From contig NZ_OMOH01000006.1 in NCBI RefSeq assembly GCF_900289195.1, positions 90,001 through 122,000 on the forward strand: a stretch of DNA of 32,000 nucleotides, written 5' to 3'. The translations under genes were made by a program, and so were the position numbers. The stretch is from Propionibacterium ruminifibrarum. GTDB lineage: Bacteria > Actinomycetota > Actinomycetes > Propionibacteriales > Propionibacteriaceae. Below the pieces are notes generated by a model that saw only the letters and a list, made by a program, of their open reading frames with translations, was not told the origin of the DNA and ran no database searches. Positions 1 through 7,795 of the stretch are shown here, piece by piece (the stretch's first letter is position 1; every line of letters begins with the position of its first letter).

Positions 1-1908
1 GTCGCCGGTGACGGAGGTCACCGTGCCGGGCTTTGAGGCGCAGGTGACCTCGCCGACGTCGATGGCCGTGCGGTACTCCATGCCGGTGCCGACGAAGGGG
101 GCCTCGTTGCGCACCAGCGGAACGGCCTGGCGCTGCATGTTGGCGCCCATGAGGGCCCGGGAGGAGTCGTCGTGCTCGAGGAACGGGATGAGGGCCGAGC
201 CGACCGACACCATCTGGCGCGGGGAGACGTCCATGTAGTCGACCTCGTCGCGCGGGAGCAGGTCGACCTCGCCGTGGCGCTTGCGCACCAGGACGCGGTC
301 CTCGACGAAGCGGCCGTCCGCATCGACCCCGGCATTGGCCTGGGCGATGATGTGCCGGTCCTCCTCGTCCGCGGTCAGGTAGTCGACGTCGTCGGTGACC
401 ACGCCGTCGACGACCTTGCGGTACGGCGTCTCGATGAAGCCGAAGGCGTTGACCCTGGCGAACGAGGCCAGCGAGCCGATGAGGCCGATGTTCGGCCCCT
501 CAGGGGTCTCGATCGGGCACATCCGGCCGTAGTGGCTCGGGTGGACGTCGCGGACCTCCATGCCGGCGCGGTCGCGGGAGAGGCCGCCGGGGCCGAGGGC
601 CGACAGGCGGCGCTTGTGCGTCATCTCGGCCAGCGGGTTGTTCTGGTCCATGAACTGCGAGAGCTGGCTGGTGCCGAAGAACTCCTTGAGCGCGGCGGTG
701 ACCGGGCGCACGTTGATCAGGGTCTGGGGCGTGATGGCCTCGATGTCCTGCGTGGTCATGCGGTCACGCACGACGCGCTCCATCCTGCCCAGGCCGGTGC
801 GGAGCTGGTTCTGGATGAGCTCGCCCACGGTGCGCAGGCGGCGATTGCCGAAGTGGTCGATGTCGTCCGCCTCGACGAGGAGACCGCCGTCGAGCTCGGT
901 GCGGCCCTCGTGCAGGGCGCAGATGTAGTGGATCGCGGCCTTGATGTCGTCGATCGTCAGCACCTGCTGGTCGAAGGGCAGGTTCAGGCCGAGCTTCTTG
1001 TTGATCTTGTAGCGGCCCACCTTCGCGGTGTCGTAACGCTTGGGGTTGAAGTAGAAGTTCTCCAGCAGCGTCTGGGCGGCGTCGCGGCTCGGCGGCTCGC
1101 CGGGGCGGAGCTTGCGGTAGATGTCGAGGAGCGCCTCGCCCTGGGTGGTGACGTGGTCCTTCTCCATCGTCATCCGGATGGACTCGTGCTCGCCGAACTC
1201 CTCGAGGATCTGCTCCTCGGTCCAGCCCAGCGCCTTGAGCAGGACGGTGACGTTCTGCTTGCGCTTGCGGTCGAGACGGACGCCGACGGTGTCGCGCTTG
1301 TCGATCTCGAACTCGAGCCACGCACCGCGGGAGGGGATCACCTTGCAGGTGAAGATGTCCTTGTCGCTGGTCTTGTCAGGGGTCTGCTCGAAGTAGACGC
1401 CCGGGGAGCGCACGAGCTGGGAGACGACGACGCGCTCAGTCCCGGTGATGATGAAGGTACCCTTGTCGGTCATCAGGGGGAAGTCGCCGATGAACACGGT
1501 CTGGCTCTTGATCTCGCCCGTGTCGTTGTTCATGAACTCGGCGGTGACGAACAGCGGCGCGGCGTAGGTGGCGTCACGGTCCTTGCACTCGTCGATGGTG
1601 TACTTGGGCTCCTCGAAACGATGGTCACGGAAGCTCAGCGACATCGTCTGGGAGAAGTCCTCGATCGGGGAGATCTCCTCGAAGATCTCCTCGAGTCCGG
1701 ACTTGGTGTTGACACTGGTGCGCCCGGCAGCCAGGGCTTCATCCACCTCACGCTGCCAGACGTCGTTGCCGACGAGCCAGTTAAACGATTTCACCTGCAG
1801 ATCGAGCAGGTTGGGGACCTCCAGGGGCTCCTGAATCTTCGCGAAGGAGATTCGTCCGCTGCTGGAGACGACATCAGTATTCTTCAACGCATTGCGCGAG
1901 GCGGCCAA
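1..1908 (-). CDS. rpoB: DNA-directed RNA polymerase subunit beta, N-terminal 636 codons (continues beyond window start)
   Basis: Absent from the ORF track because no stop lies inside the window. My reverse-strand translation from TTG (1908-1906) reads [84 protein letters not shown]. At the window edge it reads [42 protein letters not shown], a classic RpoB motif. GGAAGGA lies 7 nt upstream of the TTG. Track ORF 172..1935(+) is its antisense shadow. Confidence 0.95.
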   Translation of the reverse strand, partial: MAASRNALKNTDVVSSSGRISFAKIQEPLEVPNLLDLQVKSFNWLVGNDVWQREVDEALAAGRTSVNTKSGLEEIFEEISPIEDFSQTMSLSFRDHRFEEPKYTIDECKDRDATYAAPLFVTAEFMNNDTGEIKSQTVFIGDFPLMTDKGTFIITGTERVVVSQLVRSPGVYFEQTPDKTSDKDIFTCKVIPSRGAWLEFEIDKRDTVGVRLDRKRKQNVTVLLKALGWTEEQILEEFGEHESIRMTMEKDHVTTQGEALLDIYRKLRPGEPPSRDAAQTLLENFYFNPKRYDTAKVGRYKINKKLGLNLPFDQQVLTIDDIKAAIHYICALHEGRTELDGGLLVEADDIDHFGNRRLRTVGELIQNQLRTGLGRMERVVRDRMTTQDIEAITPQTLINVRPVTAALKEFFGTSQLSQFMDQNNPLAEMTHKRRLSALGPGGLSRDRAGMEVRDVHPSHYGRMCPIETPEGPNIGLIGSLASFARVNAFGFIETPYRKVVDGVVTDDVDYLTADEEDRHIIAQANAGVDADGRFVEDRVLVRKRHGEVDLLPRDEVDYMDVSPRQMVSVGSALIPFLEHDDSSRALMGANMQRQAVPLVRNEAPFVGTGMEYRTAIDVGEVTCASKPGTVTSVTGD

Positions 1909-1999
1909 GGTGTGGTCCTTCCAAGAACTCGCTAGGTTCTTTGCATGCAAAACGGCCCGCGTCGAAACGGGTCGTCCATATGGCGATAAGCAACTACGA

Positions 2000-2028
2000 A
2001 CTATAGACCAGATCCGTCAGAAGGGCAA
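2000..2028 (-). promoter_or_regulatory. candidate proximal rpoB promoter
   Basis: Minus strand reads TTGCCC (2028-2023), 17-nt spacer, TATAGT (2005-2000), about 90 nt upstream of the rpoB start. Pattern only, no TSS data. Confidence 0.45.
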
Positions 2029-2061
2029 GCTCACGCCAGAGGTCATCACACCGATCGCCCT

Positions 2062-2085
2062 GTCGGTCTCGCCGCAGAGACCGAC
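2062..2085 (-). terminator. short GC hairpin between the two rpoB promoter candidates (possible terminator/attenuator of upstream transcription)
   Basis: GTCGGTCTC (2062-2070) and GAGACCGAC (2077-2085) are perfect complements with a 6-nt loop. No U-tract. Confidence 0.35.
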
Positions 2086-2105
2086 CGAACCGGACCACAC
2101 CCCAG

Positions 2106-2133
2106 ATCATACGCACGTGCCCCGTACGGGCAA
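2106..2133 (-). promoter_or_regulatory. candidate distal rpoB promoter
   Basis: Minus strand reads TTGCCC (2133-2128), 16-nt spacer, TATGAT (2111-2106). The -35 hexamer is the same as in the proximal candidate. Confidence 0.4.
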
Positions 2134-2160
2134 GCCGCGGCGCGCCGCCGCGTGGGCCGG

Positions 2161-2316
2161 TCACCGCATCGCGTTGAGCCGGTCGAGGTGAACGATGTCA
2201 TCGCACAACCGCTTCGCCAGCGGCGGACTGTGGGTGATGACGAGCAGCCCGATTCCCCGGTCGCGGGTGAGCCGGACGTCCCCTGTTGAGGACGAGGAAG
2301 CGGTCGGCCGCCGCAC
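2161..2316 (-). pseudogene. C-terminal remnant of an ABC transporter ATP-binding protein
   Basis: The frame ending at TGA (2163-2161) reads VRRPTASSSSTGDVRLTRDRGIGLLVITHSPPLAKRLCDDIVHLDRLNAMR. This resembles a decayed DEPTASLD / H-loop (ITH) / C-terminus of an ABC ATPase. No Walker A or signature motif is present. An in-frame TAA lies at 2376-2374. The only start candidate is a GTG inside the riboswitch P1 helix, and there is no SD. Confidence 0.5.
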
Positions 2317-2497
2317 TGGCAGGTCTTCGGGCTCATGGGCGTTCCGGACGACGCCGGGTTCCTCCGCCGCCGCTTACCAGGCGACCGTGCCCAGTGCGCT
2401 CGATGCGGCATCGTTCCCACTGACCGCTGCGGGACAGCTCCGGACTCACACCGGATTCCCTCTTACGACGATTCACCCATGGCGAACCGCACCAGTG
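2314..2497 (-). promoter_or_regulatory. cobalamin (B12) riboswitch aptamer
   Basis: Minus strand carries the expected elements. P1 is CACUGG (2497-2492) / CCAGUG (2319-2314). The core reads GUAAGAGGGAAUCCGGUGUGAGUCCGGAGCUGUCCCGCAGCGGUCAGUGGGAA. GCGCACUGGG follows, then the B12 box GAGCCCGAAGACCUGCC (2334-2318). Order and spacing match the RF00174-type consensus as I know it. Confidence 0.9.
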
Positions 2498-2591
2498 ACC
2501 TCACCATATTGAGAACCGGCTGGAAGTAGAACCCCACTGAGAGACTCATCCGCGCCGTCCCGCGACCGCGGCACCCGTCCGAACGTCGAGA

Positions 2592-2626
2592 CGGGCCGGG
2601 GCGATCGCCTGTCTCGCCCCGGCCCG
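2592..2626 (-). terminator. GC-rich hairpin downstream of the 209-aa gene
   Basis: CGGGCCGGGGCGA (2592-2604) pairs perfectly with TCGCCCCGGCCCG (2614-2626), with a 9-nt loop. No U-tract (I-shaped type common in actinobacteria). Confidence 0.45.
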
Positions 2627-2650
2627 CCCATGGCGACGAGACCGCTCATG

Positions 2651-2679
2651 ACACTAGCATAAATAAAAATGATTCTCAA
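2651..2679 (-). promoter_or_regulatory. AT-rich promoter-like element upstream of the riboswitch
   Basis: Minus strand reads TTGAGA (2679-2674), 17 nt, TAGTGT (2656-2651). It sits in the only strongly AT-rich patch of this region (cataaataaaaatgattctcaatata). Confidence 0.4.
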
Positions 2680-2695
2680 TATAGAGTCGCTGCGG

Positions 2696-3325
2696 TCACC
2701 TTCGCTGCAGCTGGGCGGGTGAACAGGCCGCGTCTCGGTTGGCGCCCTCCGCGAGGTTCGAGTAGTGCTGGTCGCACCATTGCTGGGCGTCCTCGACCGA
2801 ACCAAAATCATCGAGGACGAGGGCGACGAAGATGAACTGGTCGTCGGTGACCGCCGGGCCGTATGCGGACCTGCGAACGAGGAGCACCTGGGTGCCGCCG
2901 AAGGCGAACCGATCACTGAGTGCCTCGTACTCGGCCAGGACGATCGGGGCCGAGTCGACGGTCGCCTTGCCGCTGGGGCGTGCGGCCGGCTGGTTCGGCG
3001 ACAGCACGACATGGCTCCCCACCTGAACAGCCCACTGGCCCTGCACCGGCTGGATGCTCGCCCAGCCGGCGTCGGCGTGGCTGGACAGCCGACTGTAGGC
3101 CTGGGCATCGGTTGACATGGACGAGCCGGAGGTCGTCGCAGCCGGCGTGGAGACCGCACGGACCGATTCTGAGCCGGCACCGATGGCCAGGCCCTCGGGC
3201 TGCTCGTCGTCCTGTGAGAGGCCCACGCCGAGCGTGAACAGCACGGCGACGAGGAGCACCGCCACACCGATGGCAGCCCAGCGGACGATCTCGCTGCGGC
3301 TGCGGGGGCCCCGTGCTGGGTTCAC
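2696..3325 (-). CDS. hypothetical membrane-anchored protein (single N-terminal TM helix)
   Basis: 209-aa ORF with a GTG start preceded by GAGGAGGA 6 nt upstream. N-terminus is MNPARGPRSRSEIVRWAAIGVAVLLVAVLFTLGVGL (TM anchor), followed by a Ser/Thr/Ala linker and a ~130-aa globular part. The two overlapping track ORFs in other frames are Arg/Pro-rich junk. I recognise no family. Confidence 0.6.
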   Translation of the reverse strand: MNPARGPRSRSEIVRWAAIGVAVLLVAVLFTLGVGLSQDDEQPEGLAIGAGSESVRAVSTPAATTSGSSMSTDAQAYSRLSSHADAGWASIQPVQGQWAVQVGSHVVLSPNQPAARPSGKATVDSAPIVLAEYEALSDRFAFGGTQVLLVRRSAYGPAVTDDQFIFVALVLDDFGSVEDAQQWCDQHYSNLAEGANRDAACSPAQLQRR

Positions 3326-3440
3326 CGCCGGTCCTCCTCACTGCTCCTGACTCGTCCAGAACTCTTACACCGTACCGGCCCGTTCGCGCCAGGAACACTC
3401 CTGAGCGAAAGCCGGTCGACACAGGGCCTCTGGCGGCCCG

Positions 3441-3486
3441 AAAACGAAGCGGGCACCGGCCCCCTTGAGGGGCGGTGCCCGCTTCG
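3441..3486 (-). terminator. rho-independent terminator after rplL
   Basis: 14-bp stem CGAAGCGGGCACCG (3445-3458) / CGGTGCCCGCTTCG (3473-3486). On the minus strand it is followed by TTTT (3444-3441). Lies 42 nt downstream of the rplL stop. Confidence 0.75.
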
Positions 3487-3527
3487 GGTCACTGACGCTC
3501 AGTGAGCCACCAGGACCATGCGGTGTC

Positions 3528-3929
3528 TCACTTGAAGGAGACGGTGGCGCCGGCGGCCTCGAGCTTCTCCTTGGCCTGGTCGGCGGCATCCTTGGCGACC
3601 TTCTCGAGGAGCACCTTCGGGGCCGCCTCGACGAGGTCCTTGGCATCCTTGAGGCCGAGGTTCGTCAGTGCGCGGACCTCCTTGATGACCTGGATCTTCT
3701 TGTCGCCGGCGGCCTCGAGGACGACGTCAACCTCGGCGGCGCTGTCGTCGGCGGCGGCCTCACCGGCATCGGCACCGGCGGCACCGGCCGCCGGGGCTGC
3801 TGCGACGGCCACGGGGGCGGCCGCCTTGACGTCGAAGGCCTCCTCGAAGGCCTTCACGAAATCGGACAGTTCGATGAGAGTCATGTCCTTGAACTGCTCA
3901 AGGAGCTCCTCAGTGCTGAGCTTCGCCAT
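3528..3929 (-). CDS. rplL: 50S ribosomal protein L7/L12
   Basis: [34 protein letters not shown]..Ala-rich hinge..[48 protein letters not shown] upstream. Confidence 0.97.
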   Translation of the reverse strand: MAKLSTEELLEQFKDMTLIELSDFVKAFEEAFDVKAAAPVAVAAAPAAGAAGADAGEAAADDSAAEVDVVLEAAGDKKIQVIKEVRALTNLGLKDAKDLVEAAPKVLLEKVAKDAADQAKEKLEAAGATVSFK

Positions 3930-3944
3930 AATGGGCGTCCTTCC

Positions 3945-4592
3945 TTACTCGTTCGATGCAGCGTCAGCCGCGTCTGTGGTGGCCGCAGCGTCTGCTGCGT
4001 CGGGTGCCGAGTCCTCGGCAGTGTTGTCGTGCTCCTGGTCTGCGGCGGGACCTCCCGCCCCGCCGATGACGGTGGGATCCTGGGCCGCCTTCTCCTGAAG
4101 GGCGCCCACGGTCCGGGCGGCCTGCGTGAGCGGGGCGGTGAACAGGGCAGCGGCCTTGCTCATGGAGGCCTTCATGCCGCCGGCCAGCTTGGCGAGCAGC
4201 ACCTCCCGCGACTCCAGGTCGGCGAGCCTCCTGACCGTGTCGGCGTCGAGGACCTTTCCGTCCATGACGCCGCCCTTGATGACCAGAAGCGGGTTGTCCT
4301 TCGCGAAGTCACGCAGACCCTTCGCCACGTTGGCGACATCACCGGAGATGAAGGCGATGGCCGTCGGGCCAGAAAGCTGGTCGTCGAGTCCGTCGACGCC
4401 GGCCTTGGCAGCAGCGAGCTTGGTCAGGGTGTTCTTCGCAACGGCGTAGGTGGCGTCCTCACCAAGGGACCTGCGCAAATCCTTGAGGTCCTTGACGGTG
4501 AGTCCGCGATACTCGGTCAGCACGGCAGCGTTGCTCTCCGCGAACTGCGCGGAGAGGCGCTCGACCGTGGCCGCCTTGTCTGGCCTCGCCAT
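3945..4592 (-). CDS. rplJ: 50S ribosomal protein L10
   Basis: [56 protein letters not shown]... ATG at 4592 is preceded by GGAAGGAG. The track ORF start at 4799 is an in-frame run through the leader. Carries an unusual ~45-aa acidic/Ala-rich C-terminal tail. Confidence 0.93.
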   Translation of the reverse strand: MARPDKAATVERLSAQFAESNAAVLTEYRGLTVKDLKDLRRSLGEDATYAVAKNTLTKLAAAKAGVDGLDDQLSGPTAIAFISGDVANVAKGLRDFAKDNPLLVIKGGVMDGKVLDADTVRRLADLESREVLLAKLAGGMKASMSKAAALFTAPLTQAARTVGALQEKAAQDPTVIGGAGGPAADQEHDNTAEDSAPDAADAAATTDAADAASNE

Positions 4593-4799
4593 TGGGTCTC
4601 CTTCCCACTTCGTCGTTCGTGTCGAAGCCCCTGGCGGCCCGGGCAACAAAAAAGCCCCGGTACGCACGTACTGGGGCACGGCATCGACGATGTCGTGAGC
4701 AGCACCTGCGCGGGCGCCTTCTCGACGAGAAGGCATTGTGGAGATCCACCAGCGGTCTTCGGCCCGGTTGATCATACTCGCCGAATCCCGATGGTCCAA
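4593..4799 (-). promoter_or_regulatory. rplJ promoter and ~175-nt 5' leader (candidate L10 autoregulatory leader)
   Basis: Minus strand reads TTGGAC (4799-4794), 17 nt, TATGAT (4776-4771). A long structured leader with a U-rich hairpin (CCGGGGCUUUUUUGUUGCCCGGG) precedes the RBS. The position matches the known L10-leader arrangement. The RNA fold was not verified. Confidence 0.5.
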
Positions 4800-4818
4800 A
4801 CCCGCGCCCGGCCCTGGA

Positions 4819-4860
4819 TGCAGGATGGGGCCGACCCCGCGGGGTCGGCCCCATCCTGCA
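4819..4860 (-). terminator. perfect 20+20-nt palindrome after rplA (I-shaped terminator)
   Basis: TGCAGGATGGGGCCGACCCC (4819-4838) gc GGGGTCGGCCCCATCCTGCA (4841-4860). It begins 20 nt after the rplA stop. No U-tract. Both strands of the track show the mirrored peptide [14 protein letters not shown]. Confidence 0.7.
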
Positions 4861-4880
4861 CCGGACAGCCGGGGGCTTGC

Positions 4881-5579
4881 TCACTCGGCGGGGCGAGCGG
4901 CGGCCGGGTCGATCTGGACGCCGGGGCCCATCGTGGTCGAGAACGTGACCTTGCGCACGTAGCGACCCTTGGCGGTGCTCGGCTTGAGGCGGTAGACCTC
5001 ATCCGCGGCAGCCTTGTAGTTGGCCAGCAGGGCCTCCTTGTCGAAGCTCAACTTGCCGATGACGAACTGCAGGTTCGCATGCCGGTCGACGCGGAACTCG
5101 ATCTTGCCTCCCTTGATGTCGGAGACCGCCTTGGTGACGTCCATGGTCACGGTGCCGGTCTTCGGGTTCGGCATGAGGCCACGCGGGCCGAGCACTCGAC
5201 CGAGACGGCCGACCTTGCCCATGAGGTCCGGCGTCGCGACGACGGCGTCGAAGTCGAGGTAGCCATCGGCGACCCGGGCGATGAGCTCGTCCGCACCGAC
5301 CTCGTCGGCGCCGGCGGCAATGGCCTCGTCGGCCTTGGCACCCTGGGCGAAGACGAGGACCCTCGCCGTCTTGCCCGTGCCATGCGGCAGGTTGACCGTG
5401 CCGCGGACCATCTGATCGGCCTTGCGGGGGTCGACCCCGAGGCGCATGGAGACCTCAACGGTCTCATCGAAGTTGCCGGGCTTGTACTGCTTGATGATGG
5501 CCAGGGCCTCATCGGGCGAGTACAGCTGGTTGCCGTCGCGCAGCTGAGCGTCGGCGGCGTAACGCTTTGAGTGCTTCAT
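4881..5579 (-). CDS. rplA: 50S ribosomal protein L1
   Basis: [72 protein letters not shown]. Confidence 0.97.
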   Translation of the reverse strand: MKHSKRYAADAQLRDGNQLYSPDEALAIIKQYKPGNFDETVEVSMRLGVDPRKADQMVRGTVNLPHGTGKTARVLVFAQGAKADEAIAAGADEVGADELIARVADGYLDFDAVVATPDLMGKVGRLGRVLGPRGLMPNPKTGTVTMDVTKAVSDIKGGKIEFRVDRHANLQFVIGKLSFDKEALLANYKAAADEVYRLKPSTAKGRYVRKVTFSTTMGPGVQIDPAAARPAE

Positions 5580-5685
5580 GCTGGTTCCTTTCCGTCAGCC
5601 TCGTGAGCTGATCCACCAGTTCTGGTGAGGGGAGCACACCCCTTCCAGGTGTTCAAGAGGTGACGTCCACCGACGTCACGGGGAG

Positions 5686-6114
5686 TCACTGAACGACGAC
5701 GCCCATGGAACGAGCGGTTCCGGCGACGATGTTCATGGCGGCCTCGATGTCATTGGCATTGAGGTCGGGCATCTTGGTCTGGGCGATCTCGCGCACCTGG
5801 TCGGACGTGATGGTGCCGACCTTCTCCGTGTCGGGCTTGCCCGAACCCTTCTGGACGCCGGCGGCCTTCTTGATGAGTTCGGCGGCCGGCGGGGTCTTCG
5901 TGATGAAGGTGAAGGTGCGATCCTCGTAGATCGTGATCTCGGCGGGGACGATGGTTCCGCGCATGGCCTCCGTCTTGGCGTTGTACGCCTTGACGAACTC
6001 CATGATGTTGACGCCGTGCGGGCCGAGGGCGGTGCCGACGGGAGGCGCGGGGGTCGCTGAACCAGCCTGAATGGCGATCTTGACGATCGCCGCTACCTTC
6101 TTCTTGGGAGGCAT
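5686..6114 (-). CDS. rplK: 50S ribosomal protein L11
   Basis: [65 protein letters not shown]. Confidence 0.97.
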   Translation of the reverse strand: MPPKKKVAAIVKIAIQAGSATPAPPVGTALGPHGVNIMEFVKAYNAKTEAMRGTIVPAEITIYEDRTFTFITKTPPAAELIKKAAGVQKGSGKPDTEKVGTITSDQVREIAQTKMPDLNANDIEAAMNIVAGTARSMGVVVQ

Positions 6115-6222
6115 GTCGTGGGTCCTTCTCTGCTGGTTTGCCGCGCACAGCGCAAGGGACTGCGCACGCGTGTGTGTACTGGGCGCCCTGCCGCCCCGGC
6201 CCGCGGTGGGCCGTGCAGGTCC

Positions 6223-7092
6223 TCAGCCCATGGCCTTCTGGATCTGCGGGAAGGTCAAGTCTACTGGCGTCTCACGGCCGAGGATCTCGACGTTGGCCTT
6301 CAAGCGCTGATTGTGCGTGTTGATCTCGGTGATCGTGGCGTGGACCCCGGCGAAGGGGCCGTCGATGACCATGACCTGGTCGCCCACGGCGTAGTCGACG
6401 ACCTCGACCTTGGCGCGGGAGCCACGGGGCGTGGCCCGGTTCTCGGCGTTCAACCTGGCGACGACCGAGGGCGTCAACATGTTCTCGACCTCGGACAGGC
6501 TCAGAGGTGTGGGTTCCTGCGCGTTGCCGACGAAACCGGTCACCGATGGGGTGTGCCGCACGGTGCCCCAGCTCTCGTCGGTCATCTCCATGCGCACGAG
6601 CACGTACCCGGGCATGTAGGTACGGGTGACGTTCTTCTTCTGACCGTTGCGCATCTCGACCGCGTCCTCGGTGGGAACGATGGTCTCGTAGATGAAGTCC
6701 TCCATGTTGAGCGACTTCACGCGGTTGTCGATGTTCTGCTTGACCCGGTTCTCCATGCCCGAGTAGGTGTGCACGACGAACCAGTCGCCGGGCTTGACCA
6801 CGAGCTCGTCATGGAGTTCCTCGAGGGCCTTGGCGAGAGCCTCGTCGACGTCGCCGCTCTCGGCGACGGGCTCGCCCGCCTCGTCGTCCTCGGTGGCCTG
6901 GTCGGGCTGCTCGGCCTCGTCGTCCACGGCGTCGAGGTCGATCTGGACGTCGTCGGGGGCCTCGGACGAGAAGTCGTCGAAATCGAGGTTGATCTCGGAA
7001 GCGCTGGACTCCTCGGACTCCTCGAGGGAGCCGAGATCGATCTGGATGTCGTCGGCGGGTGCAGTGAAATCGTCCTCGGGAACGTCAGTCAC
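6223..7092 (-). CDS. nusG: transcription termination/antitermination factor NusG with ~100-aa acidic N-terminal extension
   Basis: GTG start with AGGAGGAG upstream. NGN/KOW core: WFVVHTYSGMENRVKQNIDNRV..MPGYVLVRMEMTDESWGTVRHTPSVTGFVG..GDQVMVIDGPFAGVHATITEIN. Confidence 0.95.
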   Translation of the reverse strand: MTDVPEDDFTAPADDIQIDLGSLEESEESSASEINLDFDDFSSEAPDDVQIDLDAVDDEAEQPDQATEDDEAGEPVAESGDVDEALAKALEELHDELVVKPGDWFVVHTYSGMENRVKQNIDNRVKSLNMEDFIYETIVPTEDAVEMRNGQKKNVTRTYMPGYVLVRMEMTDESWGTVRHTPSVTGFVGNAQEPTPLSLSEVENMLTPSVVARLNAENRATPRGSRAKVEVVDYAVGDQVMVIDGPFAGVHATITEINTHNQRLKANVEILGRETPVDLTFPQIQKAMG

Positions 7093-7111
7093 GTGTGTCT
7101 CCTCCTGGTCC

Positions 7112-7555
7112 TCAGCCGAACAGCTTCAGCAGTAGTTTCGTGAAACCGAAATCGAGGCCCGCGACGATCGCCATGATGAACACGACGAACACGAGCACGA
7201 CGACGAAGTACTGGCTGACCTCCTGGCCACTGGGCCAGATGACCTTCTTCAGCTCGCCGACGGACTGCTTCGCGAAGGCCCACGGGGTGGTGCGGCCACG
7301 CTTGGCGGCCTCCGTCGGCTTCTTCTTCGCCGTTCCGGTACGCCGCGTCGGCGCCGTCGTGTGCTTGCGCTCGATGGTCTTCACGGGGGCCGCGTCCTCG
7401 TCCTGCGCGAGATGGCGCCTCGGTTTCCCGGAACGCTTTCCCCTCGCCGGGGCGTCCTTCCGTGTCTCGGCGTCACGGGTCGTCGCGAGCTCATCCTGGG
7501 ACGCGCGCTCGTCGGCGTCGGCGGCCTCGTCCGCGCGCTTGGTCTCTTCGGCCAC
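7112..7555 (-). CDS. secE: preprotein translocase subunit SecE
   Basis: C-terminus KQSVGELKKVIWPSGQEVSQYFVVVLVFVVFIMAIVAGLDFGFTKLLLKLFG, in the canonical position between tRNA-Trp and nusG. The start is uncertain: I chose GTG at 7555 (VAEETKRADEAAD...), and ATG at 7663 is the alternative. The track start at 7909 is impossible because it crosses tRNA-Trp. Confidence 0.8.
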   Translation of the reverse strand: MAEETKRADEAADADERASQDELATTRDAETRKDAPARGKRSGKPRRHLAQDEDAAPVKTIERKHTTAPTRRTGTAKKKPTEAAKRGRTTPWAFAKQSVGELKKVIWPSGQEVSQYFVVVLVFVVFIMAIVAGLDFGFTKLLLKLFG

Positions 7556-7722
7556 GTACTGCCCCTGTTCGAGTCTTTCCCGGGAGCACCGGCAGGCGCT
7601 CTCGCTGGTACCGGGACGTGGACGCCCCTGCGTTGTCTGCGAGCCTGCAGGCCCACCGACCATGGAGGGCACGTACCGCACCGCATGGCCCGATCGAACC
7701 CATCGCACGGAACGCGCCCTTG

Positions 7723-7795
<73 letters not shown>

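Noticed and set aside
172-1935. 587-aa + strand ORF
   Set aside because: It is exactly antisense to rpoB, whose reverse-strand translation is unmistakable. The composition (Val/Asp/Leu/Gly/Arg-rich, no motifs) is typical of a high-GC shadow ORF.
2046-2420. 124-aa - strand ORF
   Set aside because: Its 5' portion overlaps the cobalamin riboswitch aptamer, and it runs through the promoter candidates. Arg/Ser/Cys-rich, in a different frame from the ABC-like remnant.
3465-5570. 701-aa + strand ORF
   Set aside because: It is antisense to rplL, rplJ and rplA and runs straight across their intergenic terminator and promoter. Gly/Arg/Leu-rich junk.
6118-7143. 341-aa + strand ORF
   Set aside because: Antisense shadow of nusG.
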